A DNA stretch of 62,780 nt, filler included, from Dugesia japonica (lineage: Eukaryota): the NCBI GenBank assembly GCA_001938525.1. It is 6 parts of 6 records of this genome, joined end to end, with 100 filler letters (N's around TTAATTAATTAA, not from the genome) between each part and the next. Parts side by side here need not be neighbours in the genome. Positions count along the whole stretch, not along the records: positions 41,650 to 53,094 come from MQRL01194477.1; 5 more parts are not named here. The stretch is one strand, 5' to 3'. Below are positions 41,550 through 53,194 of the stretch, piece after piece (within the stretch, counting starts at the first letter, position 1; each line of letters starts with the position of its first letter). The position numbers and the translations under genes are program-made. The notes under the pieces were generated by a model. It was not told the origin of the DNA. It was given only the letters and a program-made list of their open reading frames with translations, and did not search any database.

Positions 41550-41649
41550 NNNNNNNNNNNNNNNNNNNNNNNNNNNNNNNNNNNNNNNNNNNNTTAATTA
41601 ATTAANNNNNNNNNNNNNNNNNNNNNNNNNNNNNNNNNNNNNNNNNNNN
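41550..41649. other. artificial scaffold spacer
   Basis: N44-TTAATTAATTAA-N44. Confidence 0.93.
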
Positions 41650-43059
41650 TATTCGTTTGCAATCATTAACAATTGTAATCAATTTGGGACAAGTTATCAA
41701 TTTGTATAAATTAGCAAAAATAAGATCGAATATTGATTATCTTTTGAAGAGTTTACGATGTGAATTATGTGACACAAATATAAATACATATATAACTATA
41801 AATACATATATTATTTAAATTAATTAGTTAATTAATTATATCCCTAATAATAATAATACAATTATTTGATTATAATTAATTGATTATTAAATTATTACCC
41901 TTATTTAATTTAAAATGCTTGACTTTTAATCTTTTAATTATTTTTAGTCAAATAATTATTTGTAGTACTATATTTTAACTAAATAAAATGGAAATTGATC
42001 GACATATTTATTTTGAAAATTATTTAAATAGTTTATTATTTATAATACTAAATTTTAACTTTGAATTTTTCAAAGGTTTCACGTTGAAGATTGTAGAAAT
42101 ACAAATTAGATTTTTTAACGAAAATTTTACTTTTTTGAAATAAGATTTTAGATTTATGAATTAATTTTGGAATTATAATTTTGAAAAAAGAATTAAACTT
42201 TTAATGCAATTTTGAAATAAGATTTTTATGAATATGAATTACTTTTTAGAATTATAATTTCGATATTAGATTTAGACTTTTCTTTATTATTGTTATTGCA
42301 CATTTATTATCATAATTAACGAATTATTAATATTAATCATTTATCATTATTAATTGATTATTATTGATGAATATTTCCTTGTTAAATGTATTATTTTATT
42401 ATTTTTTGATGATTTTTTCCTTGTTAGATTTATTATGAATTTACTATTATTATTTGAATTTATTATAATTTGATTATATTATTGTCCTTATTTAATATTT
42501 TAATTAAATTAAATACATGCATTGGATTTGATAATAGTGAGTGGGAATTCCATGTCATTTTGCGGATCCGTGTCTAGTCAAGTATTGACGATGATGACTA
42601 ACTGTTTTTATTTCATAAAGATAGTTGTAGTATTGTACATTTATGACCGAATGTGAACGGTTGGAATCATTGCTACCGAAGATGCACATATTGTAATCGA
42701 GCTTAACATAGTTAAAACTACGCAAGCTGATTGACAAGTTCATAAATGAACTGACTCAATTGGAAGCTAACAGTCTTGAGCGTTATCAATTTGAGACTGG
42801 ATGGGAACAGTCGGACTAATAGCTCGACTGTAATACTCGGATGAGGTAATGCAATGATATGGGAAAAAACAAACTATTATTGAAAATAATGTATGAAAAT
42901 AATTAACTATTATTTAATTATTTGCTATTTATTTAATAATTTAAAACATTTGTTCTTTATTTACTTTTATTTATCATCTTTTAACTATAAGTGTTAATAT
43001 TCAATGGGAAGCGACTAATGTTGAAATTTTAATTTGACCATTTCCAATGAAATTTTCTT

Positions 43060-45360
43060 ACCAAATAGATTATCACTAGGAAATTCCTTAACAAATAGAC
43101 CGTAATGGACTGAAAATTGATCTCATTGAGTAAAATATTCAACTAAAATCATTGAAAACTAACTGAATATAATAAAAAATAACCAATAATTACCCCTAAT
43201 TAACTATAAGTAACTAGCTGAATATACTAAAATTAGCAATTATTGCCTCTAATTAACTATAATCAACTTTGTTGATGAAATTTTCAATAAAGTTTTTCGA
43301 TAAAGTTTCGATAAAGTTTTCTCTAAAACATAAAATTTATTAACATTTTATTATTTAAGGTCAACTAATTTTTATGTTACCCGGAGTGACTTGTATTTTT
43401 ATCATATGAGATTAACCTATTTAAATAAAATAATTGACCAAATTATTCTTACCAAGAAAATTATTACCCAAATTAATCGAAAAATAACCCTTGTGAATAT
43501 ATAATTGACCATAACCATTCATGGTTTGAGTTCCATCAACCAAACTATGAGCACTTTTAACTAAACTCTGAGCACTGTCAACCAAATTCTGACAGCTGTG
43601 AGTAAATAATTGACCAGAAATTAATCAACTTAACTATTTCTAAAGAAATAATTGACCAATTTGCCCTAAAATTACCCAAACTGACCATTACTAAGTAAAT
43701 AATTGACTGAATTCATAGAACAAATAATCCTTGTGGGCAAATAATTAAATAAGTTTGTCCATACCAAGAAAATAATTGACCGACATTACCTAAACAATGA
43801 ATATAATTCAACCAGACTGATGAAAAATTTGACTGAATCACCCAAAAGAAACCCAAACTGATCAATCACGAGGAACATTTGATCAAATTAACCTAAAACC
43901 ATCCAAGTTTTCCGAGATTTGACCTAACCGATGAGAAATTTGGTCAATATTAGCTAAACCGAGTAAATAATTGACTAAATTGGTAAAAACTGACCCAAGA
44001 TGACCAATCTGGTGGAAATATCAAACCAATTCACCCAAAAATTACCCAAACCAAGCAATTCCAAAGAAATATTGGACGAAATTTATTTGAACCAACCAAA
44101 AATTGACCTCATTCGATCTCACCAAGAAAACCTTCAACTAATTTCACATAATCCAATAAAAATAGACGTTATTCCACCTCACCTAGGAAATTTTGAACAA
44201 AAACTACCTAAAAACAATCAAAAACCTTTCTCATTCGACCTCACCGAATAAATTCCCAACTAAAACCACAGGAAAATACATAGCCACTTAATCCTATTAC
44301 GTAAAAATCTCGACGATGAAATTCGTCTTATTACATAATTTGTGTGCAAATAATTTCCTAACTAAATACACATGGAAAATCCATAGCCACTTAATCCCAT
44401 TTCGTAATATTACCTAATATGATATCATTTTTGAAACTTCCCAACTAAATGTATTAGGATTAAATTTAATTACGTCACGGAGGGGGGGGGGTTACTGAAT
44501 ATGAGCTGGCTATATGCGCTATTATCTATCTACTACCAAATTCCCCAAAAATTTCCATTCCCGAGGAAAACGTTTACTGAATCATCCAAATATTACCCAA
44601 ACTTTCCATTCCCGAGGATGTTTTCAACCAGTATTTCCTAAATCACACAAAATTTGACCAATATTGCCAAACCTGAGTAAATAATTAGCCAAATTGTTCA
44701 AAACTGACCCAAATTGACTATTCTCGATGAAAATTTCCAACCCAAATCAACCATTTCTGAGAAAATATTCAAAAAAATCATCCAAAACTGACCAATGTGA
44801 GTAAATAAATGACTAAGATTGTCCAAACATTACCCAAACTAACCATTCTCGAGTAGATAATCAACAAATTTTGCCTAAACCGAGTAAATAGTTAAACAAA
44901 TTTTTTTTAACAGAATCGTCTAAAAATCAACAAAATTAACAATTCTCGAGGGAACTTTCATTTGAATCGTTTAAAACGAACTCAAATTTACTATTCTCGA
45001 GGAAATAATTTTCCAAAATGCTCAAAAACTACCCAAACTGATTTTAGACAAAACATACTTAAACCCAATCAAAAATTGACCTTATTTGACCTTACCGAAA
45101 TAATTTCCAACTAAAAAGCCTGAAAAAATTCAACTGCTTAAAAAGCCTAAAATATTTTCCCAAATAATTACAGGGAAAAATAGTCTCAATCATCTTACAT
45201 AAAATTTCACCGAAAAAATTAATCTAATGACATAATTTGTGTGCAAAACTTTTCCCAACTAAATACACAGGAAAAAATAGCCTCTCTTAATCCTATTACT
45301 TAAAATTCACCGACGAAATTAATCTCATGAAATAATTTATGTGCAAATAATTTTCCCTGC
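43060..45360. repeat. degenerate A/C-rich modular repeat array
   Basis: Recurring aaataattgacc, acccaaactgacc and attctcgag motifs; ~105-bp higher-order unit repeated at ~44260-44400 and ~45150-45355. Confidence 0.8.
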
Positions 45361-45379
45361 TGAATGTGTGCAGAGGCTG

Positions 45380-46850
45380 TGCTGCACTATTCTACTACTC
45401 TGCTGCATTTCCAAAAGACATTCTATTGAAACAATATTACCCTTGTTTGGTCGAAAAAGCTGCCTTCTCTTGAGAATCTACACCAAGTTCCACTTGATAA
45501 TATGCGTCTCCTAAGTCTATTTAGCAAATATATTCTGTACATTTTAAAGCATCCAGCGTTTTGTCCACATTTGGCATAGGAAAAGCTTGTCTTTCTGTTA
45601 TTGCATTGAGTTGTCTAAAGTCTAAGCATAATCGTAAATCATTTTTTTCCTTTTCCTAAACGCAGATTAATGGCGTATTTCATTGATAAATTGATGTCTG
45701 GATGATACTGTTGTCATATAGAATCTTTATGGCCTTTTTAATCTTCTCTTCTGTATTAATTGGTTGACGATAAGGTTTTATGTTGATTGGATCTTCTTTA
45801 GTGATTATTCGATGCTTCGCTAAGTATGTGCATGCAATGTCTAATTTGTCCTCCATAAATACATCCTTATTATTCTGAATAATCGCAGTCAATCTATGAT
45901 CATTGGTTATTTCTAGAATCTGCATCACATGTCTCAATCGTTCACCCGTCTGTATTTGCCTTCTAAATTTCGCCTCGATGTTGCAAACAAATCTTTCTAT
46001 CCTGCACTATTTTTGAAGATGAAACTCAAAAGTATTCTGAAATTCCACTTCACTAATTAGATCTGGGATTAGTTTCTGTACTATTATAAATGTTACTTCC
46101 TTGCACACGCCTGAAACTACAACTTACACACGTGTGCCCATAACTCTGGCATGTTCAACACTGTGATTTTGTTCTTTTTGTGTCTCTCTCGATATTTTGT
46201 CTCTTCTCTCCGGTACGTTCTGCAAGTTTTACATCTGCGTAACTCTTTACAACGTTAATAGATTCTCTTCCTTCGATTTTTTCTACTAATATGTTTCTTT
46301 TATATCTTATACTTTCTCAGGTTTTTGCATGATTATCTCTTTTTTTGCTTTTCATTATCTGCACAAATTATTAGCATTTTTAATAAGAGTTTTTTTTTCG
46401 ACAGCTCTCTATTTGCTAAACTTTTATCGACTAAATCTTGCACTATTTAAAGAACACCTCGAGTTCTTCATCACCAAGATTCTGCAAATCTTTTATTACA
46501 TCTCTCTTGCTCTCAAAAGCTAATTGCAATCTCTCTCGATTTCAGTCCGCTTTCTTCAATGTTTTCACACATGCTTTCATTAAATCTTCACCAAGCATAA
46601 AATGTCATCAAACGCTCCTGTTCTTTCGTTATAACGATTTTCTTCGCCTCAAAGTATATTTCACACCGTTTAATAAACTTCTCTAGATCATCGCCTCTGC
46701 CAAATAATTTTGGCAACAGTCTCTCTGTGATTGCATCGGTGTTTACCGCTGCCACCATGTTAGATGAGTATGAAGTACTCATCGGATCATTGATGTCAAA
46801 ACTCATTTCCATAAAAACTTTATTCACAAAACAAAACCATATCAAACACT
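45380..46850 (-). pseudogene. Ty3/Gypsy gag-protease-RT remnant
   Basis: LLPKLFGRGDDLEKFIKRCEIYF (gag); DIACTYLAKHRIIT...PINIKPYRQP; LRLCLDFRQLNAIT (RT). Confidence 0.9.
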
Positions 46851-47249
46851 ATTTGTTTATTCAAACAAATTAAAATTATTTGTTTCAATGATGATAATTT
46901 TTCAAATATTAAGATTTTACACAAAATGTTTACTTTATTATTAAATTGTCATTTAAAATTTTAAAACAAATACTCATACATTATTTAATTTTTCATCTAA
47001 AATTTAAATATTTTAAAATAAAAAGATTTTCTGAAAAATGATCTCTAACAACACAAAAATTTAAACTCAGTTTTCAAAACATACTCACTAAAAGTGTATC
47101 AAAATTTATAATCAAATCATCTATTCAATAGAGAATTTTACGTTGAGTAGGAAAGACTTAGTTAAAAGTCGTTAGTTAAAAAATAAAATGAAAAATAACA
47201 CAGTTCTTTTGAAATAAAATTACTATAAAATTTTTTTGATAAAATTACT

Positions 47250-47373
47250 AGCTATGATGAAAATGAGAATGTTACTTTTAGAAATCGAATTCATCGAATT
47301 CATGAACCATATTTAATAATACCTTGTGGAGGCGGACGATCAAAATACATAATTCAGTTTTTTTACAAATCAT
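47250..47373 (-). pseudogene. Polinton/Maverick major capsid protein, N-terminal fragment
   Basis: MICKKTELC / FDRPPPQGIIKYG (frameshifted) resembles the CxKSELDLFxxPPTQxxIxxG start of Polinton MCPs; expected position after the core gene. Confidence 0.6.
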
Positions 47374-47626
47374 TTTTCAAATATAGTTCCATAGCCACTC
47401 ATTTGTTTGTTAATAATTGAATGTTTGCGTTTTACTCGAGCACATTTGAGTTTTGATTCATTTGTAATGTTGTCTTCTGTCATTTATTTCAATTGTACCA
47501 AAATGTCTAAAGATTAACAAAGCAAATCAACCTTTTGTTTGCAACCATCCTGATCCATAGTATTCTTCTACAAAGTATGGCAACTATCCACCAGCTTGAC
47601 TAGTACTATATATCAGGATTATACAT
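47370..47626 (-). pseudogene. Polinton small core (pVII-like) protein remnant
   Basis: QAGG*LPYFVEEYYGSGW resembles the QxGxG..F.G..YQ.GxG motif; C-terminus YGTIFEK* overlaps the next ATG. Confidence 0.55.
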
Positions 47627-49063
47627 TTAACTTTCGAAAATGTCATGTTAAATGAGATTTTGAGTCTTGTGCAAAGAATTCTCCACTGTTATCACTTATG
47701 TGGATTTCAATATTGTTTATACACGATGGAGAAATTGGATTTTCAACAATTATTAATACTTTTATTTTTTAATACTTTTCCAATCATACAGATGTCAACA
47801 AAGGAACACTAACATCATCAACTATATCAGGTTTAACAATGGTACTATAGATGAACATTTGCTGATGAAAGTACAACAATTTCGGTTTATTAAGTACCGT
47901 AAATTCAACACTTCTTAAAAATGCGTTTGTCTGACTAATACAGAGGTTTTGTTAGGATTTTATCAAATTTCACACTTTTAATATTATCTAATAATGAAAG
48001 TCTGAATGATTCATCCATAAAATAAAAAAAAAGCTTAGATAAAAAAAAATATATTTGTAAAAAAATTCAAATTTCTGACACTTGTCTTCTTCAGTAATTA
48101 TTGAGAAAATTTTTAATTATTTGAAAACAAAATATATAAATTTTTTAATTATTGTAATTATTGAGAGAATTTTAATTATTGAAAAAAAGTTTTTTTAAAG
48201 TATTGTAATTAGTGAAAATTTTTCTGAGAATTCTTAATTATTGAAAAAAATTATAATTATTGTAATTATTGAAAATCAAGTTAATCTCATGTTTTTTCTG
48301 CGAAGTTTAGAAATATAGCCTGTTCTTAATGTTTTCCAGGTAATATGATGATTTTATGGTTTATTTTGAAAGTGTTTGAAGACTTCACTTTCTTTCTGTC
48401 TTAGATGTTTTTGAATTCTTGTACGAATGGTTCTGCATGATTCTCTTTTATATGTATCCTTACATAAGATGAAGATTTTTAAATATAATATAAGAATTTT
48501 CAGTAAATTATTTATCAAACTCATCTTTTTCTTTTATGTACAAATCATCTTTAAAATTAATGATTTTTGTAGTTTCTATCAAATTTTAATAATTTTATTT
48601 TTATGGTTTCTATAGAATCATTGGTTATTAATGTTCGGAAGTGAATGAATCAGTTTTAGACTGTAATATTATCATTTAAATTATTAAATTCAAATCGTTT
48701 TACATCCTCAAGATTCTCAAATTTCAATAAATGACCATTATACTTTGATTAAATATGTGGGTATTCTTTTCCAGATATTTGAAATATATAATATTCATCA
48801 TCAATAACACTCAATCATTTTTCTTTATTGTCAATTATTACTAGTATTTCCTTCAGTTCATTCTTTATTATTACGTATTAAATAATAAACTTGCTGTTAA
48901 ATAGAAAGGTTTAGTATAGATAGGTGAAATCCATAAAGGCTACTTCCCTTTGACTATCCACATAAATTGAAATTTGAAGCACGACAATGAAATTACTAGC
49001 ATTGTTATCTGGATTAATAAGTAAACAACTATTACTCAGTAATAGCGTATAGAAATTGTTCAT
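47619..49063 (-). pseudogene. Polinton/Maverick minor capsid (penton) remnant
   Basis: N-term MNNFYTLLLSNSCLLINPDNNASNF...REVAFMDFTY; C-term MFIYSTIVKPDIVDDVSVPLL...IEIHISDNSGE...LT*HFRK; interrupted by an AT-rich tandem repeat at ~48095-48275. Confidence 0.8.
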
Positions 49064-49069
49064 TTTGCT

Positions 49070-49965
49070 CCTTTTTCTTCTTTGTTTAATTTACTATTTA
49101 CGATGTTGATATCCATATTGAATTTTCATAGCTATGCTACTTTACACATGATTGTTTATCCTTTCCTATTCTTTTTGACCATATAATCTTTTCTATTATA
49201 AATACTGTATATTGTGGAATTACTTATAACTCTTGGTCAATGAATTTTCCAACAATGATAATTTCTTCATGATCTTTAATCGCATATATGATGGGTTTCA
49301 GTTTGATGTTGATTTTTGATATTTAAAACTCTTCATCAATTCAATTACTATTGAAATTCATGATGAATAGTGAAGCTTATATTTTTGAGATTCTAACTTC
49401 TTCACCAACTTTATATTTTAATTTCTTGTTTGATTTTGGTTGTTGTTTAAAAGCCATAATTTTAATAAATTATCAGCTAATGTATCCACGGGTTTTGCTC
49501 TTTTTAGTCCCTTTTATGATTATAACCATCGATTAGTTTTGCTAATACATGTATTCAGGTCTTATTACCAATATGTACAAAGTAAGCTTTCAATTCATCT
49601 CTCAATCTTCGATTAAATATTTCTAAATATGGAGCTTTGTACTAAGAAAATACAGAAAAATAGTTTACTTTGGGGTGTAAAATAATATTCTTGACTTTTG
49701 AGTTGAAAGATTCCTCACCCAAATAAGTTTGCAAATTGTTTGAATATGTTGAAACATTGACTTAATCGCAGTTTTCATTTCATTAGAATATTTAGTTTTA
49801 CAGAAATATCTCTTGAAAATCTGCTAAATACTTGTTAAAATATACTTTTATCCCTTATTAAGTCTCAAAAAAGGTATCATTTCCATCAAACTCATTTGCC
49901 ATAAATCATCAATATCAAATGTTTACTCGATATAATGTCGACTTTTACAACGACTTGGTATGAAG
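49070..49965 (-). pseudogene. Polinton/Maverick retroviral-type integrase + chromodomain remnant
   Basis: DIDDLWQMSLMEMIP, KYILT, EIFNRRL, KYKVGEEVRISK, PIIYAIKD...GKFIDQEL, FIIEKII; many stops and frameshifts. Confidence 0.85.
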
Positions 49966-50249
49966 CACAACGGTTTATGTTGGAAAATCCCTGTTAAGAT
50001 GAGAATGAATTTATTGATTAAAATTATCTTTTCTAATTGATAATTTATTTCCATTAATGTTTTATTCATGAACAATTATATATTGATAGTAACAAGGTAT
50101 TCATTATCATTACATCGGGACAACTATTGATTTATTATTATCATCTTAATTGTTTTCAATTCCAGATTAATAACTTTTAATAGCCTTTTAATAAATATTA
50201 TAAGGTTTTCCATACTGTCTGGGTCACCCAGGGCCCAGTTCACATGTTA

Positions 50250-50550
50250 CCCTACACGTTCCGATATTTCGCGACATACAAAACGTGCGTAAATTGTAGT
50301 GTTGCATTATGTGTAGAAGTGTGATTCCGCCGGTTTTCCGAGGTATTCCAATCATTTAGACGTCTTCATTATTCATGGAGCTCTGTTCCTCACACCGTGT
50401 GCTATCGACTAGAACAAGCATTAATGCGATAGAGAAATGTCTGGTGACTACGGCGGGTCGAGTAAGACTTCGTATTCCAGCTTTTTTACAATTTCTTCTA
50501 CCAGTTTGCAGCATGAGCTCGAGTGTTGTCATGCTGTGAGTTCTTGACTT
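50250..50550 (-). pseudogene. mariner (Mos1-like) transposase fragment
   Basis: Minus-strand QHDNTRAHAA / KLEYEVLLDPP*SPDI...IAHG. Confidence 0.8.
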
Positions 50551-51039
50551 AATTTAAATATTTTATTTTATTTTATAAATTATTTTTACCAACCATTCAA
50601 CTGGACTAATAAATAACACGAATTATGCTCCAGATTTTAAGAATTATATGAAAAATATAATGAAATCAGGTGTAATTTGTTGATTTTATGAAATGTCCAC
50701 TTTTTATTCTATTTATTATTAAAAATGTATACTTTTTATTCTAATTATTATTAAAAATGTATACTTTTCACATAATTTAACTTGTGAAATTTGAATTTAT
50801 GTCTTTAATTATGATTTTATTGTTTCCTTTACGATTAATTTGATGACTATTAATTAATGATGAATTAAATTTTTGATGATTAGTTTAATAAATACAATTA
50901 ATTTAATCACAAATTTAATGTTATCAATTTAAATTTGATACTTATAAACCTTATCATGGATCAACAAAAATAAAGTACTTGCTTTTTCAATTTACTTAAT
51001 CAAAGATAAAGATTGTTGTAAATTTTGAACAATGTTTCA

Positions 51040-51285
51040 AATTTCATTTAAAATTAAACCCTCGATCAAAAAAATTTTTTGTTGGTTTTTTGAGATTGAC
51101 TTGATATTTCGACTTTGTCTTCTTGAGCAAAATAGTCAATTCCTAACGAAGACAAAGTCGAAATATTGAATAAATCTCAAAAAACAAAAAAATTTATTTT
51201 TGGTCGAAGCTTTGATTTTAAATGAATTCTAACGATCAATGTTTACGTCTGACAATTATTCTCGCAATAATTGCAATTGTAAAAT
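51040..51285. mobile_element. palindromic Penelope-like repeat copy E with mutated hammerheads
   Basis: caattc-CTAACGA-agacaaagtc-GAAA (51137 onward, core G>A), inverted partner at ~51100-51125 and family tail. Confidence 0.75.
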
Positions 51286-51299
51286 GTTTTAAAAGTTTG

Positions 51300-51440
51300 T
51301 GTCATTTTCAACGATAATTAAAAAATTTATGGAAATTTTCAACGATGATTAAAAAGATTGTGGATATTTTGACTAGTTTTAAAAAAGTTCATGTAAATTA
51401 TCAATGATTTTCAAAAAGGTCTAGTAAATTTTAGAATGAT
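51300..51440. repeat. 31-bp tandem repeat (~4.5 units)
   Basis: Units like ttttcaacgataattaaaaaatttatggaaa; inverted related copy at ~56697-56830. Confidence 0.75.
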
Positions 51441-51978
51441 GTTCCCATTCCCATTCCCATGATGTTCCCTATGTACATAGGATTTTGAAACAATTATTGA
51501 CTTTTATGAAATTTCCGATTATTTGTAATGAATACTGTGTAATTTCATATAAATTTTATATATTAATATGTAATTTCATAGAATCTGTATCGACTACTAT
51601 GAAATTTCAGATAATTTTAAAAAAACTTACTAAGAATGAAGTGAAACTTAGTTTAAATAATAAATAATTGAATAGGTATTACTTGCTTGCCCCTGTGTTA
51701 GTCTAAGTGTTGGAAATATCAATAAATCCTAGTGGTATCTACTTACAACAATTGTTTTATTGAATATATCTGGTTTATTGGTTTTATATTCAATGATAAA
51801 ACCAATAATTTAATGATAAAACCCATATTTTCAGGATAATAACCATATTCATATAACATGTATTTTCCATTAAACCTTAATTCTCAATGTTGAGATGAAG
51901 TAGTTTTAATGATGAATCAAGCATTTTCTATGTTAAACTATTATTTTCTAACAATGTAAGTCTAAATAAACCAATTTT

Positions 51979-52138
51979 AACATTTGGTATTAATGATTTA
52001 TGGCAAATGAGTTTGATGGAAATGATACCTTTTTTGATAATTAATAAGGGATTAAAGTATATTTTAACAAGTATTTAGCATATTTTCAAGAGATATTTCT
52101 GTAAAACTAAATATTCTAATGAAATGAAAACTGCGATT
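51979..52138 (+). repeat. inverted duplicate of Polinton integrase segment 49764-49923
   Basis: Near-identical ~160-bp reverse complement. Confidence 0.9.
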
Positions 52139-53094
52139 TACGTTTCAGTAAACAATCCAAAGAAAAAAGAAATCAATAAAACAAAATTAAAAAGATATTA
52201 GACAAATAAATTGGATTCTTTCTCTTAAATTATTCTAAATTGCAGATATATAAATTTTCAACCGAAAAATAAAATAAAAAACAAAATTTTGTTTTAATTT
52301 TTCAATTGATATTCACAAAATATATTTCAAATTAATTTTACAAAAATATTATTTTCACAAATTCCAACAAATATTTATAAATAATTTTAGTTTTAAATTT
52401 TGTTGTTATCAAATATTGATTTTGCATTTGATTAGCATTTGATTATTTAGGATTACTATTTTTGGATTATTTATTTGATGGAACAAAATTAGATCATTTC
52501 TTCCTGTTGGTTTATTCCATCCTCGATAATTGGGATAATCATCTTGTTTTACTGTTTCACTTGTATCAACCCGTCCATTCATCTGATTGAATATATCAAT
52601 TGTGATGGCATGCTTGAATGGCCGCAAAAAATCTTTATCAAATTCTCCTCTCATTAATAGAAAACAAACATTAACAAAATCATAACCAATCCACACACTC
52701 AAATACATTATATACAATATCATAAGTTTTAGAGTTACACTATTTAATATTGTAACTTTTTTATTATTAAAAATTTCTGTATTTTTTTATTTTTTTTATG
52801 TAAATTAATTTTTAATGGTTTTTAATAATTATTAAGTTAACATTTCTGTTATAAAGTATATATATATATGAAAAATTTTAGATATTAAATCAGAGAAGAA
52901 ATTATAATAATATTACCTATATTAAACAACTTTTAATCGTTAATTTACCAACTAATTTGTTTCAATTCCATTTAATACATTTATTTTAAAATTTATTTTT
53001 AATTTAAGATTATCATTTTTCTAATACTTTTATTGATTATACTATTGATTTTTAAAAGAAAATTTTGTTTTCAAGCATTTTTCAGGAAATTTTT

Positions 53095-53194
53095 NNNNNN
53101 NNNNNNNNNNNNNNNNNNNNNNNNNNNNNNNNNNNNNNTTAATTAATTAANNNNNNNNNNNNNNNNNNNNNNNNNNNNNNNNNNNNNNNNNNNN
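53095..53194. other. artificial scaffold spacer
   Basis: N44-TTAATTAATTAA-N44. Confidence 0.93.

Noticed and set aside
44000-44251. 83-aa N/Q/P/K-rich ORF
   Set aside because: By-product of the G-poor repeat array.
10821-49965. One large Polinton from PolB to the capsid cassette
   Set aside because: The pieces are separated by three artificial spacers and differ in degree of decay.
10765-53150. Regularly spaced TTAATTAATTAA as a biological repeat
   Set aside because: Always centred in a 100-nt N spacer; assembly linker.
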